From the human T2T-CHM13v2.0 reference genome, Homo sapiens, in assembly GCF_009914755.1 (NCBI RefSeq), contig NC_060932.1: a stretch of DNA of 64,000 nt; one strand, 5' to 3'. The notes under the pieces are model-generated. The model saw only the letters and a program-made list of their open reading frames with translations, did not search any database and was not told the origin of the DNA. Of the stretch, positions 14,601 through 29,829 are shown piece by piece. The position numbers and the translations under genes are program-made. How positions within the stretch are numbered: position 1 is the stretch's first letter; every line of letters starts with the position of its first letter.

Positions 14601-16372
14601 GATTCTGGTGAAATAAATAAAAATGTAAATAAAGTCATACTGTGTTCATGGATTATAACACTCAAAATAGTGAAGATGTCATTGTCAAATTGATACATAA
14701 GTTTAATGAAATTCCTGCCAAAATTTCAACTTGATATGTTGTGGATATAGACGTTATTGTTGTAAAATTTATAGAGTCAAGCCAAAAAAATGTAATAGCA
14801 AAAACAATTTTGAAAAGAAAGAATAAAGCAGGATGGATCATTATACCTGATTTTCAAGATAACAGTACACAGTTATCAAACTGTGTGGTATCAGCAGAGG
14901 GATAGATACATAGATCAATGGACCGGAAGAGATGGCCCTAAAATAGTCACATACAAAAATGACCAAGTGATTTTTGGCAAATATTCAAAAGCAATTAAAT
15001 GGAGGAAGGATAGTCTTTTCAAAAAATGGTGCTGGTAACAATTGGATATCAACAGGTAAAAGTAAACCTTGATTTAAACTTCACTCCTCATGTAAAAGAA
15101 AAAAATAAAGAAAACTTCAAAATGGAACATAAATTTAATTTCAGCCTTTAACTCTATAAAACTTTGAGAATAAAATATAGGAGAAAATACTAGGACCTAG
15201 AGTTTGGTTAAGACTTCTTAGACATGAACACCAGAAGCATGGTCCATCCAAAAACATCAATCAAAAATCAATTAAACACTAGCTTTGAAAATTCTGTTAA
15301 GAAGATGAAAGACAAGCCACAAGCTGGCAAAAAATAGCTTCAAACCACAAACCTGATAAAGAGCCCATATCTAGAATTTATAAAGAATTCTCAAAACTTC
15401 ACTTTAAAAAAACCCACTAATTAGAAAATGGAAAAAAAAAATGAAGACACATTTCACTAAAGAGGCTATATGGATGGCAAATAAGCACCTGATAGAATGT
15501 TAAACATCATTAAACTTTAAGGAAATGAAAATCATCCTAGCAATGTAATGTCCTACAATGTTAGGAGAGCTAAAGTAAAAGTTACTGATAACTCCAAATG
15601 CTGGTAAAGAGAAAGAGAAAACGGATCGCTCATATATTTTTGTAAGGAATATAAAGTCATAAAGCCACTCTGAAAAAAATGCTTTGGCATTTTTTAAAAA
15701 TCAAACCAAACAGAAATTGACCATGTTAACCAGTGGTTGTATTCCTGGGCATTTATTCTAGAGACATAAAAATTCATGCTTACACAAGATCCATACACAA
15801 TTATTCATACCAAATTCATTTGTAATAGCCAAAGACTGGAAATAATCAAATGTTTCTAAATAGTTGAATGATTAAGCAAACTTTTGTACCTCCATATCAT
15901 GATATACTTTCATCAGTAAAAAGGAATGAACTAATGATATATACCAAAGCTTGAACTGATATGAAGAACATTACACTGAAGGAAAAAGGCTGTGTCAAAA
16001 ATTGCATACTGAGTGATGCCACTGAATGACAAAAGGATTAAAATGGCAAGCAGATTAGTGGATTGCGTGGGTTAGGTGTGTGTGTGTAACTATAAAGGAG
16101 TAGTACGAGGGAGTTGTGGTCATGGAATAGTTTTTCAAAATAGTTCTGTACCTTCATTTGGTGTTGGTAACCAGAATCTAAACATGCAATAAAATGGCAT
16201 CACACTATACACACACTTTGTACCAATGTCAATTTTCTGCAATGATATTTTACCATACTTACATCAAGTGTAACCAATGGAAAAAACTGGGTGAAGGGTA
16301 CAAGCAGCCTCTCTAGGCTGTCTTTAAAACTCCCTGTGAATGTATAAAAAGTCAAAATAACAAATTAAAATG
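8685..16372 (+). mobile_element. Near full-length decayed L1 (L1MC/L1MD-like) hosting a younger L1
   Basis: Colinear 5'UTR, ORF1-like (about 9650-10500), ORF2-like (about 10950-15900) and 3' end (aactgggtgaagggtaca...aaataacaaattaaaa). No intact ORF. Confidence 0.8.
12326..13710 (+). mobile_element. 5'-truncated L1MA-type element nested in older L1
   Basis: Jump from early ORF2 (ctacccaacatttaag) to late ORF2, then a full L1MA 3'UTR ending in A-run; host resumes at gaacaccaattctatgcaac. Confidence 0.8.
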
Positions 16373-16399
16373 TGTTACATCTATAAAACCATATCCTAA

Positions 16400-17400
16400 A
16401 TATTGCTACTATTAGTATTTCTAAATATTATAAAAACCCAACAAGATAAATTTATATCACAAAGTGACTAAAAATGGCATCAAGCAATCACTTCAACTTT
16501 TAAAAATGGTCCTTTGGATCTCTTTTTCTGATAGATCATATCAGAATCTTTTTGCTAGAATAAGAAAAGGAGGACAACAGCTAACAGATAGAAGCTGTTG
16601 TTAGTAGATGTGGAAAAATTGATAAGATTGGCAGAAATAGTCATAGGATATTAGACAAAATCAGTGTGAGGAAAGATGCAGGTGCATTTGGAAATTTCAG
16701 TGAAAAGTTAAAACTGAAAGAATCAAGGTTAGCTTGGTTAGTTGACAAAAATTTAAGAAATGCTGACAAAATGTATACTGTTCTCTACTGGACATATATC
16801 AAAAGGAGTTGAAATCAGCATGCTGAACAGATATCAGCACTCTCATGTTCATTGCAGCTGTATCATAATAGCCAAGACATGGAAGTAACATACGTGACCA
16901 CCAACAAATGAATGGATAAAGAAAATGTGGAATATGTGTATAGTGGAATACTACTCTGTCATAAAAGGAAGGGAATTCTGGCACTTGTGACAACAGGGAT
17001 GAATGTGGAGGGCATTATGTTAAGTGAAATGAGCCAGGCACAGAAAGACAAACATAGCAAGATTTCACTCTTGTGGGACCCCAAAACCTTGTTCTCATAA
17101 ATAGAATTAATCATTCTGTATATATCCTGCAAAACATCATGTTGTACATGACAAATACATACAATTTTATCTGTCAATTTAAAATAAAAACAAAAATTAT
17201 GACATAAAAACAACAGGTTTTCTAAGAAAAAAATGTACAGTGATCTGTGAGTGAGTGGAAATCAATCAACACATTTTTGTTGGAAAAAATAAATATCAAG
17301 GTCAACTATGCTTATTATTGGAATAAACTTGCTGGTTTATGGGGAATGTGTTGGCTAGTGGATTACGTGTGAAGGAAAAAGCTCATTAGATAAGAAGTAA
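16400..17400 (+). mobile_element. Probable hAT-Tip100 (Arthur1-like) DNA transposon remnant, split by L1
   Basis: Rejoined across the L1 insert, it translates NFSEKLKLKESRLAWLVDKNLRNADKMYSDL*VSGNQS, resembling a decayed TTF-type zinc finger (WL...MYCxxC). Confidence 0.45.
16778..17229 (+). mobile_element. L1MA-type 3' fragment
   Basis: gttgaaatcagcatgctgaacagatatcagcactctcatgttcattgcagc...gaatggataaagaaaatgtgg; TSD aaaatgtata/aaaatgtaca. Confidence 0.85.
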
Positions 17401-18146
17401 GTCAAAGATTTGAAAAACAATTATGATTCTCTTCTTTTTACTTTGTAGGTGTTCTTTCCCTAAATGCATGGGAAGACAATGGTATAAAAGTATTCAAAAT
17501 AAATGTACTTCGGTTTTCTTATTTTCCTCCAAGTAAAATATGTTAGCAGTTTCTCACAAAAACTTCAGCCAAAAAAAAAGAAAAAAGAAAAAAATGTTTC
17601 TAGCATTATTTAAATTTAAAGTAGATAATATTCTACCCATAAAGAAATTCCCATAGTTAAATAATCTCTTCTTAGTGAGTTTATAAACCAACCTAAGATA
17701 CTAAAGCCCAGTCATCTAAAAGAGCCGTGTAGTTGTCTCTGTCCCACAGTGTGAGAGATTTTTGAATGGCATTGGGAGTATGGAGGAGAGGTTGTGCCAC
17801 TTTAAGATGGTACAATTTTATCTGGATGGTTTTTCCACATTACACAAATTTCCTTTTCCTAGTCTAACAAAGAGTGCCACTATAGATTATTATAATATGC
17901 TATATCTTGCTCAGGTGTACTGAATACAAAAGTAACACATTAAGAAGATAAAATTTTTTGAATAGAAAATAGACTATAACTGAACGTAGACAGACATTCC
18001 ATAATATTTATTTCTAATTAGTGTCTTAGTGACTAAGTTCTTAAACCTTCTCCTTCCAAGGTATGATTCCGGTGCATCATTTTTATACATTTAAATTTTA
18101 CAGGTGATAAAAAGCTCTGAATGTTTACAGAAACTTTTTAATTGTA

Positions 18147-18447
<301 letters not shown>

Positions 18448-18479
18448 AAAAATTTTTAAAACATATATTTATATATACA

Positions 18480-19700
18480 GATATAAAATAACCTAATGAA
18501 CTGAAATGTAGACATTACACAGCTTCAAGAAATGTCAACATGTTGTCAGTTTTGTTTCTTCCTCCTGTACTTTCTCTGGGTTATTTGGAAGCAAATCCTA
18601 GATATCATAAAAACTTCCTTTAAGTAGTTCAGTGTGTGTATCTAAAAAATAACTTTTTGATTTACAGCAATACCACTATCACAAATATTGCTTGAATACA
18701 AACAAGTACTTAGTATTTGAATTTCCCCAATTGTTACAGAATATCTTGTAATAATTTATTAAAATCAGAAATCTAGTAAAGATTATAAATTAAGAATCAC
18801 ACATTAAATCTCTTTTTCCTCACTCTATTTTTTTACCTTTTTTTTTCTTGCAGTTCATTTCTTGAAAGAACCAGAAACTTTGTCTGATAGTGTTTCTCAC
18901 AGTCAGGATTTGTTTGCAATTGCTTTTCTATGGAGTAGGTTAACATGATCATCTACTCTCTACTGTCTATATATTTCCTGCTTATTTGTAATTGGAGCTC
19001 TAAGGTTGATAAAATTCGGGTTCCATTATTTTTGGCAAGAATACTTTATTGGTGATGTCATGTACATCTATCAGATGCCGTGTGTTAACTTTCTCTCTTT
19101 TCATGAATTTGGCCATCATTGCTGATCATTCATTAGATTTCTTATTTCATTGGCATTTTGAGGTGACATTCACTTATTCCCTAGAATATATTTAATGGAA
19201 AACATCATCTTATCAACTATTCATGTAACTTGAAAAACAGACCTTATAGAAAAGACAGGAAAAATGCTCAATTATTTATCTCTACTTTCAATATAATGAT
19301 TTTTTTCCCGAACTCTCCTTCAAAGAAGGCAAAAGGGGATTTTATTTTAGTATCCATTTAAATTCATAGTTTTAAACATATTTAATCCATCACTGTTAAG
19401 ATTCTCACTGATGCTAAAATAATCTCAAATTTGGCCAATAAGAACTTCTTCATATTGTCTCCTGAGTCTATATAATATATCCTAATAGTGTTAGGTAGTG
19501 TTTTGTCTTCTTTTATAAGAGATTTTAAGGGTTATACATTACTTGTCCTGAAATTACCTATTTCTATAAAAAAAGATATTTAGATATGAAACTCTGGGCA
19601 CTCTGGCTACTCATTACTACTCAAACAGTCTTCGTTTCTTTGCCTATTACTAGAATGATACAACTTTTTGTTTTTAAGATAAGACACATCATGAGATCAT
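18480..19700 (-). mobile_element. Possible old L1MC/ME 3'UTR remnant
   Basis: T-rich strand with gcaataccactatcaca...atttgaatttccccaattg...aatcagaaatct-like segments. Weak recognition. Confidence 0.4.
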
Positions 19701-19721
19701 ATCCTGATTAAAATTGTTGAG

Positions 19722-20962
19722 CCATATGCATAGGAGGAATCAATATTATTAAAATGGCCCTACTGCCCAAAGCAGTTTCTAGATTCAATGCTATTCCTAT
19801 CACACTACCAATGACATTTTTCACAGAATTAGAAAAATTTCTAAAATTCATATGAAACTCAAAATGAACCCAAATAACCAAAGCAACCCTAAGCAAAAGG
19901 AACAAAACTGGAGGGATCACACTACTTGACTTCTAACTATACTACAAGGCTATTGTAAGCAAAATAACATGGTACTGATACAAAAGTAGATACATAGGCT
20001 AACGGAACAGATTAAAGAACCCAGAGATTAAGTCACACAGCAACAGCCATCTCATCTTTGTCAAAGCTGACAATAAAAAGAAATGGGAAAATAATTCACT
20101 ATTCAATAAACGATGTTGGGATGACTTGCTAGTCATATGCATGAGATTAAAACTGGACCCCTTCCTTACACCATATACAAAAATCAACTTAAGATGGATT
20201 AAAGACTTAAATGTAAAACCTAATACTATAAAAATCCTAGAGGAAGACCTAGGATATATCATTCTGGACATTATTTCTGGCAAAGATATCATGACAAAGA
20301 CTCAAAAAGCAACCGCAACATAAACAAACATTGACAAGTGGGACCTAATTAAGCTAAAGAGCTTTGCACAGCTAATGAAACTGTCAACAGAGTAAACAGA
20401 CAACCTACAGAACGGAAAAAACATATTTGCAAAGTATGCTTCTGACAAAAGTCTGATATCCAAAATGTACAAGGAACTCAAACAAATTTGCAAGAAGAAA
20501 ACAAACAACCCCATTAAAAGATGAGCAATGTTCATGGACAGACACTTCCCAAAAGAAGAAATACACATGAACAACAAGCATATAAAAAATGCTCAACATT
20601 ATTAATCATTAGAAAAATGCAAATCAAAACCACAATGAGATACCATCTCACACCAGTGAGAATGGCGATTATTAAAAAGTCAAAAAATAACAGATGCTGG
20701 AGAAGTTGTGAGAAAGGGGAACGCTATACACAGCTTGTAGGAATGTAAATTGGTTCAGTCACACGAAAACCAGCTTGGAGATTTCTCAAGGAGCTTAAAA
20801 CAAAACTGCCATTCAACCCTGCAATCACATTACTGAGTACATAAGCAAAGGAATGTAAATTGTTCTACCATAAAAACATTTGCACATCTATGTTCATCAC
20901 AGCACTATTCAGAATAGCAAAGACAGGGAATCAACCTAGATGCCCATCAGTGGAAGACTGGA
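19722..20962 (+). mobile_element. L1PA/PB-type ORF2 C-terminal fragment
   Basis: ORF track peptides [24 protein letters not shown] and [28 protein letters not shown] match L1 ORF2p; frameshifts and stops present. Confidence 0.93.
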
Positions 20963-21248
20963 TGATTTAGTTCATTCGCACACTGCTATAAAGATAGTAC
21001 CCAAGACTGGGTAATTTATAAACAAAGGAGTTTTAATTGTCTCACAGTTCTGCATGGCTGGAGAAGTCTCAGGAAACTTACAATCATGGTGGAAGGGGAA
21101 GCAGGCACCTTGTTCACAAAGTGGCAGGAGAGAAAGTGAGTGCAAACGCTGGAAAAACTACCATTTATAAAACCATCAAATCTTGTGAGAATTCATTTAC
21201 TGTCCATGAGAACAGCATGGGGAAACTGCCCCCATAATCCAATTACTC
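20963..21248 (-). mobile_element. THE1-family LTR, truncated
   Basis: cacactgctataaagat..cccaagactgggtaatttata...cacagttctgcatggctgg...gagaacagcatggggaaactgccccc; stops at ccaattactc. Confidence 0.88.
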
Positions 21249-23735
21249 AGTTGTAAATGAGGACCAGTTGGCAATGGAATTTCTCCTAATATCAAGGGTA
21301 TCAGAATAATATCTGATTTCCCTGCTCCACTTTCTCCTGGAATCACTGCTGACTTCACCAGGGATTGTTGCAGTGTGTGGTTCAGGCTTCCAAATCTTTT
21401 AGGTTTGTGAGGATACTTCGTCAATATTGTTACAGATGTTCTTCATAGTTTTGTTTGTTCCTTTAATTATTCACTAGGTTTACACTGCTTATGCTATTGT
21501 TTCATTTATTTCAGGGATCAGGGGAGAGTTAAAGATTTTGGGGTGGGTAAATCTACTATTATCTTTCCAGACCTCGGTCTCAATTTGATAGTATGCTCAA
21601 CAGTTAGAACAGCATCAATTTAAAAATCCCAATTCTCCTTTCTGATATAAGAACAACCTTTGACTTCCATCACTTCTGAAAATTCACTAAGTAACTATAA
21701 TCTTTTGACTGCTGCAATGGGCAGGAAGTTGTAGGTATATTTGTAAAAACAGTTAATGCTAAAGATATTGGGGTTAATGGAAAGACAAACTAAAGACTCT
21801 CTTGGTATTTGCAGAGAGAGCTCATTAATATGCCTGTTAGACTTTTGCAATGAGACATGCCTAGATATTTCCATTTGAAGAAAGTAAATTAACAGAAAAG
21901 GAAATAAGCCATTTTTGCTCCTGAAATGCAGGCAAGGCTTTGCGTATTGTTTGCTTTCACAAGGATTCCAAGCACTTTTCTTTTATGAAGTTGGTTTTGT
22001 ATTTTTAATTTCAGCAGAAGGTGACAACAGGCTGAATTGCTTTTCTCAATACCAGAATTCATAATTTCTCCTTAATAATGATTGTGGAATAAATGACATT
22101 TACTTAGCTAAAAAATTTAAAATTCCAGTAAGTCTCTTTAGTTACATTTGAAATAATTTAAATTTTACGAACCATCATGAATCCTGAACTCTACTTTTGC
22201 TTTGTGACTTCTTAGAACAAACTAAACCTATCACAAGATTTTATATATTATGTAAAAAACAATTTTGTACCAAGAGAGCTCTCCTCTACGATTAGCAGGA
22301 GAGGCGGGAAACAAGCGGCACAGAGGATCCTGGAGCTCAGTCAAGCTCCATCCTCCCCGACATTGTCTCAGCCCATAGTTAAGCAACACTTCGGTTCTTC
22401 ATGTTGGCCTCTGACTCATTCCCTCACCCATAAGTACTTTATAGCATAATGCTTAAACAAAGAAAATAAGTTTATATAAACTAATGCTTAAACAAAGAAA
22501 ACAAATTTATGCTTAAATAATTTTGATTTACCAGTTTCTAAAATAGAGGTATTTCCCGTGAAAGATTCATATTCCAATTTCATATTTTTTAATCTCAAGG
22601 TGATGATTTATATTTTTCTGGATTTTTTTTCCCTAACAACGAAGGGTGATAAATAGAAGAAAGGTAGCCTTAATGTAATTAAACCTTGATAAATTCAAAC
22701 AATGTCCACTATAAAAAGTCTTTAGGGAGTTTATGAGGTCATAGGATAGTCTTCTCTTTCCTTAGGAAGTTAGAGTAAGTAGAAAGACAATTTCCTCTCA
22801 GTCTGGGTTAAGGCTAGTGGTAGAGTAAAAAGTTCTGATACACTTATACTTCCAGAGTTAATGTATACATTTGTTTTGTGTTTTTAATTTTACAAAGTGT
22901 TTTGAAATATTGTGGTTCTTTAAAAATGTTTTTACTCTCTAGCTACTGATTTATGTGAACCTACATTATATTTAAAGTCAAATATATAGAAAGAAGAGCA
23001 GAGAGTGTGAATGGCAATGGCTTGCCATCAGAGAGATACTTTGAGAAAGACAAGTTCAGACTGAATGTTACTAGATGAGGTGACAGAATGGTTCCAGGTA
23101 AATGGAAGAAAAACAATATTTTTTAATGTGTGGCAATATTCTGTTGAATTTTAGTCTCTAGGCTGCCACAGTGACAAAGATGAAGCTATGCAATATTTCT
23201 ATGAATCTGTTTAGGGGCTGGAGTAAAGAGCAGTTATTTAGGTGGGTGGTGTCTGATGTCCCAGTGGGCAGACATTCTGCATCTATGAAGCTTCTTCAAG
23301 GCCTTAAGTACTGCTTTTAGGTTTACGTGAACAGACTTTACTTTTGGCGAAGAGAAGAGTAAGGTGATGTCTCAATGTGAAGAGGAAGTTGCAAAAACAG
23401 TTTTCATAGTGTGCCAACATGAACTAAGGTAGAACTATATTGATGAGCAGGGTTAATGATTCATGCCAGATGGGATGATAATGAACTTTACAATTATGCA
23501 GTAATTCCTCTTCTCAGCTCGGAAGTGCCTCAGAGTACGCAGGTAGAACTTGGGAAGCAATAGGGATCCCACTGCCCAGCACTAACATATCAGTCTCAGG
23601 TCATCTGCCCATGGTCTTGAGGTTCTCACTGCAAACACTAAACCTCACTTCTGGAGTGATGGGGGATTTAGGCTGATACTTGCTTCAAAATGCTCCCTCT
23701 TAACTGGAGCCCTCCTTCCTCTCGATGGATCACTA

Positions 23736-23858
23736 GATAGATACATAGATAGATAGACACACAGATACACACACACATATCTACGTATATATACGTATAC
23801 ATAGCTACATATATATGTATACATATATACATACATATACATATGTGTATATATGTAT
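23736..23858. repeat. Compound (GATA)n/(CA)n/(TA,TATG)n microsatellite
   Basis: Direct reading. Confidence 0.9.
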
Positions 23859-23944
23859 ATTAATATTTATATTTGGTTTATCATAAAGAAAATGTCTTCT
23901 ATAAGTCTTTGAATAAAGCTGATGCTCTAAGAAGATGTATCCTA

Positions 23945-24263
<319 letters not shown>

Positions 24264-24409
24264 TTATTCTGTAGGTTTTTATGGAAGCTTGTATATTTAT
24301 GTGAAGCCCCCAAATATGTACACATTCCAACTTGTGAGGTGTGGGAGTGGTTAGTCATTATCTACTCTGTATCTTTCCATTAATTTGTTTGTATAGCCAT
24401 ATCCATATC

Positions 24410-24600
24410 ACGTATGTATTATGATATTATTACTATAATAATTACTATATAATTATCTATTATCATATATTATCTATTTATATTACCATATTATCTATTT
24501 AAAGAAAATATAAGCATGTAAATAAACATAGAAAATATAAGCACATATACTACCTTTTATTTATTTATGTGCTTATAGAAAATAAATAATGTATGTTTTT
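24410..24600. repeat. AT-rich low-complexity tract
   Basis: Repeated tattatctat and aaatataagca units. Confidence 0.7.
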
Positions 24601-25644
24601 AGAATAGCATTGCATAGAAATCATGAAATTTTCTTTGATTCATGCAGGACTTACAGAGCATGTCTGTTGAGATCTATGAGTTTGTCTGTTATTTCTACTA
24701 AGGTTTTGAAATAGTTTTTTGAATATTGACACAAAATAAATAAATTTGACTTCTGAGAGTTAATTACATGTGAGAATTAGTAAACTGTTGAACAAAAAAC
24801 ATGTATCTATGAAATATTTAAGAATAAATTGACCGCTAATGGTATATGTTCAGATAAATGAGTCCTGAATTATCTTAATATATATTTGAAAGACCTCTGT
24901 GAAAATTAATTATATTGTAACATTTTAACAGTCTGACCCAAAACTATGTGACAGTATTATCTGACATTTCAGGTTCATAAAAGAATTGCAATTATATATG
25001 CTTAGTTAGGGTTTGATGCAAGTGTAGGTTTTCTGAATTTATAGATATTTTTGAATAATTCAATTATGGAGTAACTTTTCCCTATTTTACTAAAATTTAT
25101 CTAGATCAATTTGATTTTTAAAGATCCTCTCATCTTTCTTTCCATCTCTACTGTATCCATCTTAGAAATAAAAACTCTCCGGATTTGAAGGGATTTTAAA
25201 ATGCAAATGTCTGTTTGCTGCATCAAGCAATTCTACTCTATTCCTGGATACCACTGATTAACCATTTTTAAACATCTTCAGGGACACAGAACTCACTAGT
25301 TTTAACACAACACTTTTTGGGCCTACTGTAAGAGCAAATGTGATGCATTTTAAGGTGTTTGGGCCAGGTCTCAGGGTAATTAATTAATTTTTTTTTTTAC
25401 TGTTCCATGGACATACACACAGATTACATGTTCTAGAATGTTAGATTAGAGTTTAAAACTCTAATAAGTTTCCTCTTTTCATTTTATGAAAAAAACAAAT
25501 ACATGATTCAAGAATGAACATATGATTGAGGATAGGAATAACTGATATATTCCCTAATATCTCCTTTTTCTTCATTGAGATAACCTTAGAAGACTGAGGA
25601 ATCGACCTTTCTGTCATTGAGCTGGGGTTTTGGGGGAAGGAGAA

Positions 25645-26043
25645 TATATTAGACCATTCTTGCATTGCTGTAAAGAAATACCTGAGACTGGGTGATTTAT
25701 AAAGAAAAGAGGTTTAATTGGCTCCTGGTTCTTCAGGCTATATGAGCATGTTGCTGGCATCTGCTTGGCTTCTGGGGAGGACTCAGGGAGCTTTTACTCA
25801 TAGCAGAAAGTGAAGTGGGAGCAGACATGCAGGAGCAAGAGACAAGAGAGTAGTGGGAAGGGGAGTACCATAATTTACAACACGCAGATCTTGGGAGTAC
25901 CCACTCGCTATCATGAGGACAGCACCAAGCCATGAGAAATCCACTCCCGTGACCCAAATACCTCCCACCAGGTCCCACTGCCAACAATGGGGATTACAAT
26001 TCAACATGAGATTTAAGAGGTGACAAATATCCAAATCATGTCT
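25645..26043 (-). mobile_element. MSTA/MSTB MaLR solo LTR
   Basis: cattgctgtaaagaaatacctgagactggg...gctggcatctgcttggcttctggggagg..cagggagcttttactcat; perfect 5-bp TSD gagaa. Confidence 0.92.
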
Positions 26044-27099
26044 GAGAAGGCTTTTAGTAAGTGGGGAGATTCTTTTTTTCACTGTGTCAACAGGCTCAAA
26101 GTATCAAGGGAGGCCTACAAAATCCAACCTTAGATCCTCTTGTTATTCATATTTGTGTTTCATGACACTCTAAAATACAAGTCATGAGCTTCAAAACCAT
26201 ATCCATCTGATTCCAAAAGTCTGTGAATGTCCTACCTCAAGCATATATATTTTTAAATTCTAGGTTGAGCATGTTTAATTTTCTGTTTCCCTCAGGAGGA
26301 CTCTGGTTACTTTAAATTTCAATATAAAATTTAGCTGTTCTGAACATAGGGAGCTCTATTAGCACAGCAGACATTCTCATGGGCTCCAACCTGAATATCT
26401 ACCGCATCCACAAATATATGAATATTTACCAACTCTTTGCCAATGTAAGACCACATAATGGTTAGTCAAGTGTCAAGATATTCAGGTTAAGAAAAACTTG
26501 CAGTCTCAAATATGCTTGGCGATCACAGAATAGATGCTAGATACTTATTTCAAGTGTATTATCCTATAAACCTAATTCAAAGAGAGAAAAGGATAGATAG
26601 ACATTCTACAAAGCTAGGATTAATTTTCATTTGAAAAATTTTATTGTACAGTTTAAAGTATGATTCATGTTAATATAAGTAAATGCCATTTTTACATTTT
26701 TTTTCCATTATCATTCTTGCAACAAAAGTTTTATTATGTTTTCTTGGTTGGATCAGAGCAATTACAACTCTCAAAGTGTCTAGGAATCATCTCAGTGCAT
26801 GTGTATGCAGCAATAAACATGCTTCATTCTCTGGGTCAGTCAGATTGTTCTCTCTCTTCCAAATGGCCTAAGAAGTTAACAGACTAAATGAAGGTGACTT
26901 GAAAATCATGCTTGGGGCTTCTCTCACACTCCTGAAAGCACACTGATCTGGAGTTTTCAGTGTCTCACAATTCCTTGATTTGAGACAGATCACCAGACTA
27001 TAGATTCTTTGGTTTCTTCTGCTTTTTTAAGTTTGATAGTTAAATAAGTAGCCGCATGGTATGGAGGGAGGAGCAGAAACTGTAAAGTGAATGTAAAAT

Positions 27100-27420
27100 A
27101 GCCTGAGTGTGGTGGCTCACACCTGTAATCTCAGCACTTTGGAAGGCTGAGGCGTGCGGATCACCTGAGATCAAAAGATCGAGACCATCCTGGCCGACAT
27201 GATGAAACCCCATCTCTACTAAAAATACAAAAATTAGCTGGGCATGGTGGTGCATGCCTGTAATCTCAGCTACTTGGGAGGCTGAGGCAGGAGAATCCCT
27301 TGAACCCAGGAGGCGGAGGTTGCCATGAGCCGAGATTGCACCACTGCACTTCAGCCTAAGTGACAGAGTAAGAGTCCATCTCAAACAAACAAACAGACAA
27401 AAGAAAACAAAACAAAAAAA
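27100..27420 (+). mobile_element. AluS with (CAAA)n-type tail
   Basis: Dimeric Alu; TSD atgtaaaata. Confidence 0.95.
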
Positions 27421-27980
27421 GGATGTAAAATAGATGTAAAGTCCTCTTCTCATTGTGACCTGGGGCTTGTCAGCCATCCCTGTGAGCTCAACTTTCTTAT
27501 ATGTCAGTCGTAACACTATAGTGATGAGAATATTCTTGTCTTGTGGTAGTCATTATGCGTGATAGAACGTGTAAGTACAACTTTGCAAACTATGAAAACT
27601 TTGTCGATTATTAAGAATTACATCAATGCCTATCCCTTTTGTCCTCAAATTAGGGTAACCGCTAAACAATTATAATCTCAAAAGCCATGGTCAATATAAT
27701 AGCCAGATGAAGGCTTTATCTATTTTGTAATTAAAGAAAAACAGTGGAAAACATTAAATAATCCTTATTAAAATGTATTAAAATCTCTCATGCACAGAAG
27801 TAATACAGACCTGATACTAGATGCATAAAATGTGAAACTATTAATAATGGGTAAGTAGATATTGTCTGATCATTTAAAACTGGAGTAGAAATATAACATC
27901 CTTAATCTGCTTATTCTTTGGTAAGTTCCTAGGGCTATGGTAACAATGATCCACAAACTAGATAGCTTAAGGAGCAGATA

Positions 27981-29829
<1,849 letters not shown>

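Noticed and set aside
17428-17450. Strong-looking splice acceptor tctcttctttttactttgtag|G
   Set aside because: No convincing donor or coding frame follows; unsupported alone.
21197-21424. Minus-strand ORF containing GESGAGKS, like the myosin P-loop
   Set aside because: Flanking residues do not follow myosin, the ORF runs into a THE1 LTR, and nearby sequence resembles an antisense L1M 5' end. Most likely chance; tblastn against myosins would settle it.
27040-27516. 158-aa ORF, and similar ones at 40920-41384 and 55707-56165
   Set aside because: Antisense Alu translations ([19 protein letters not shown]); not genes.
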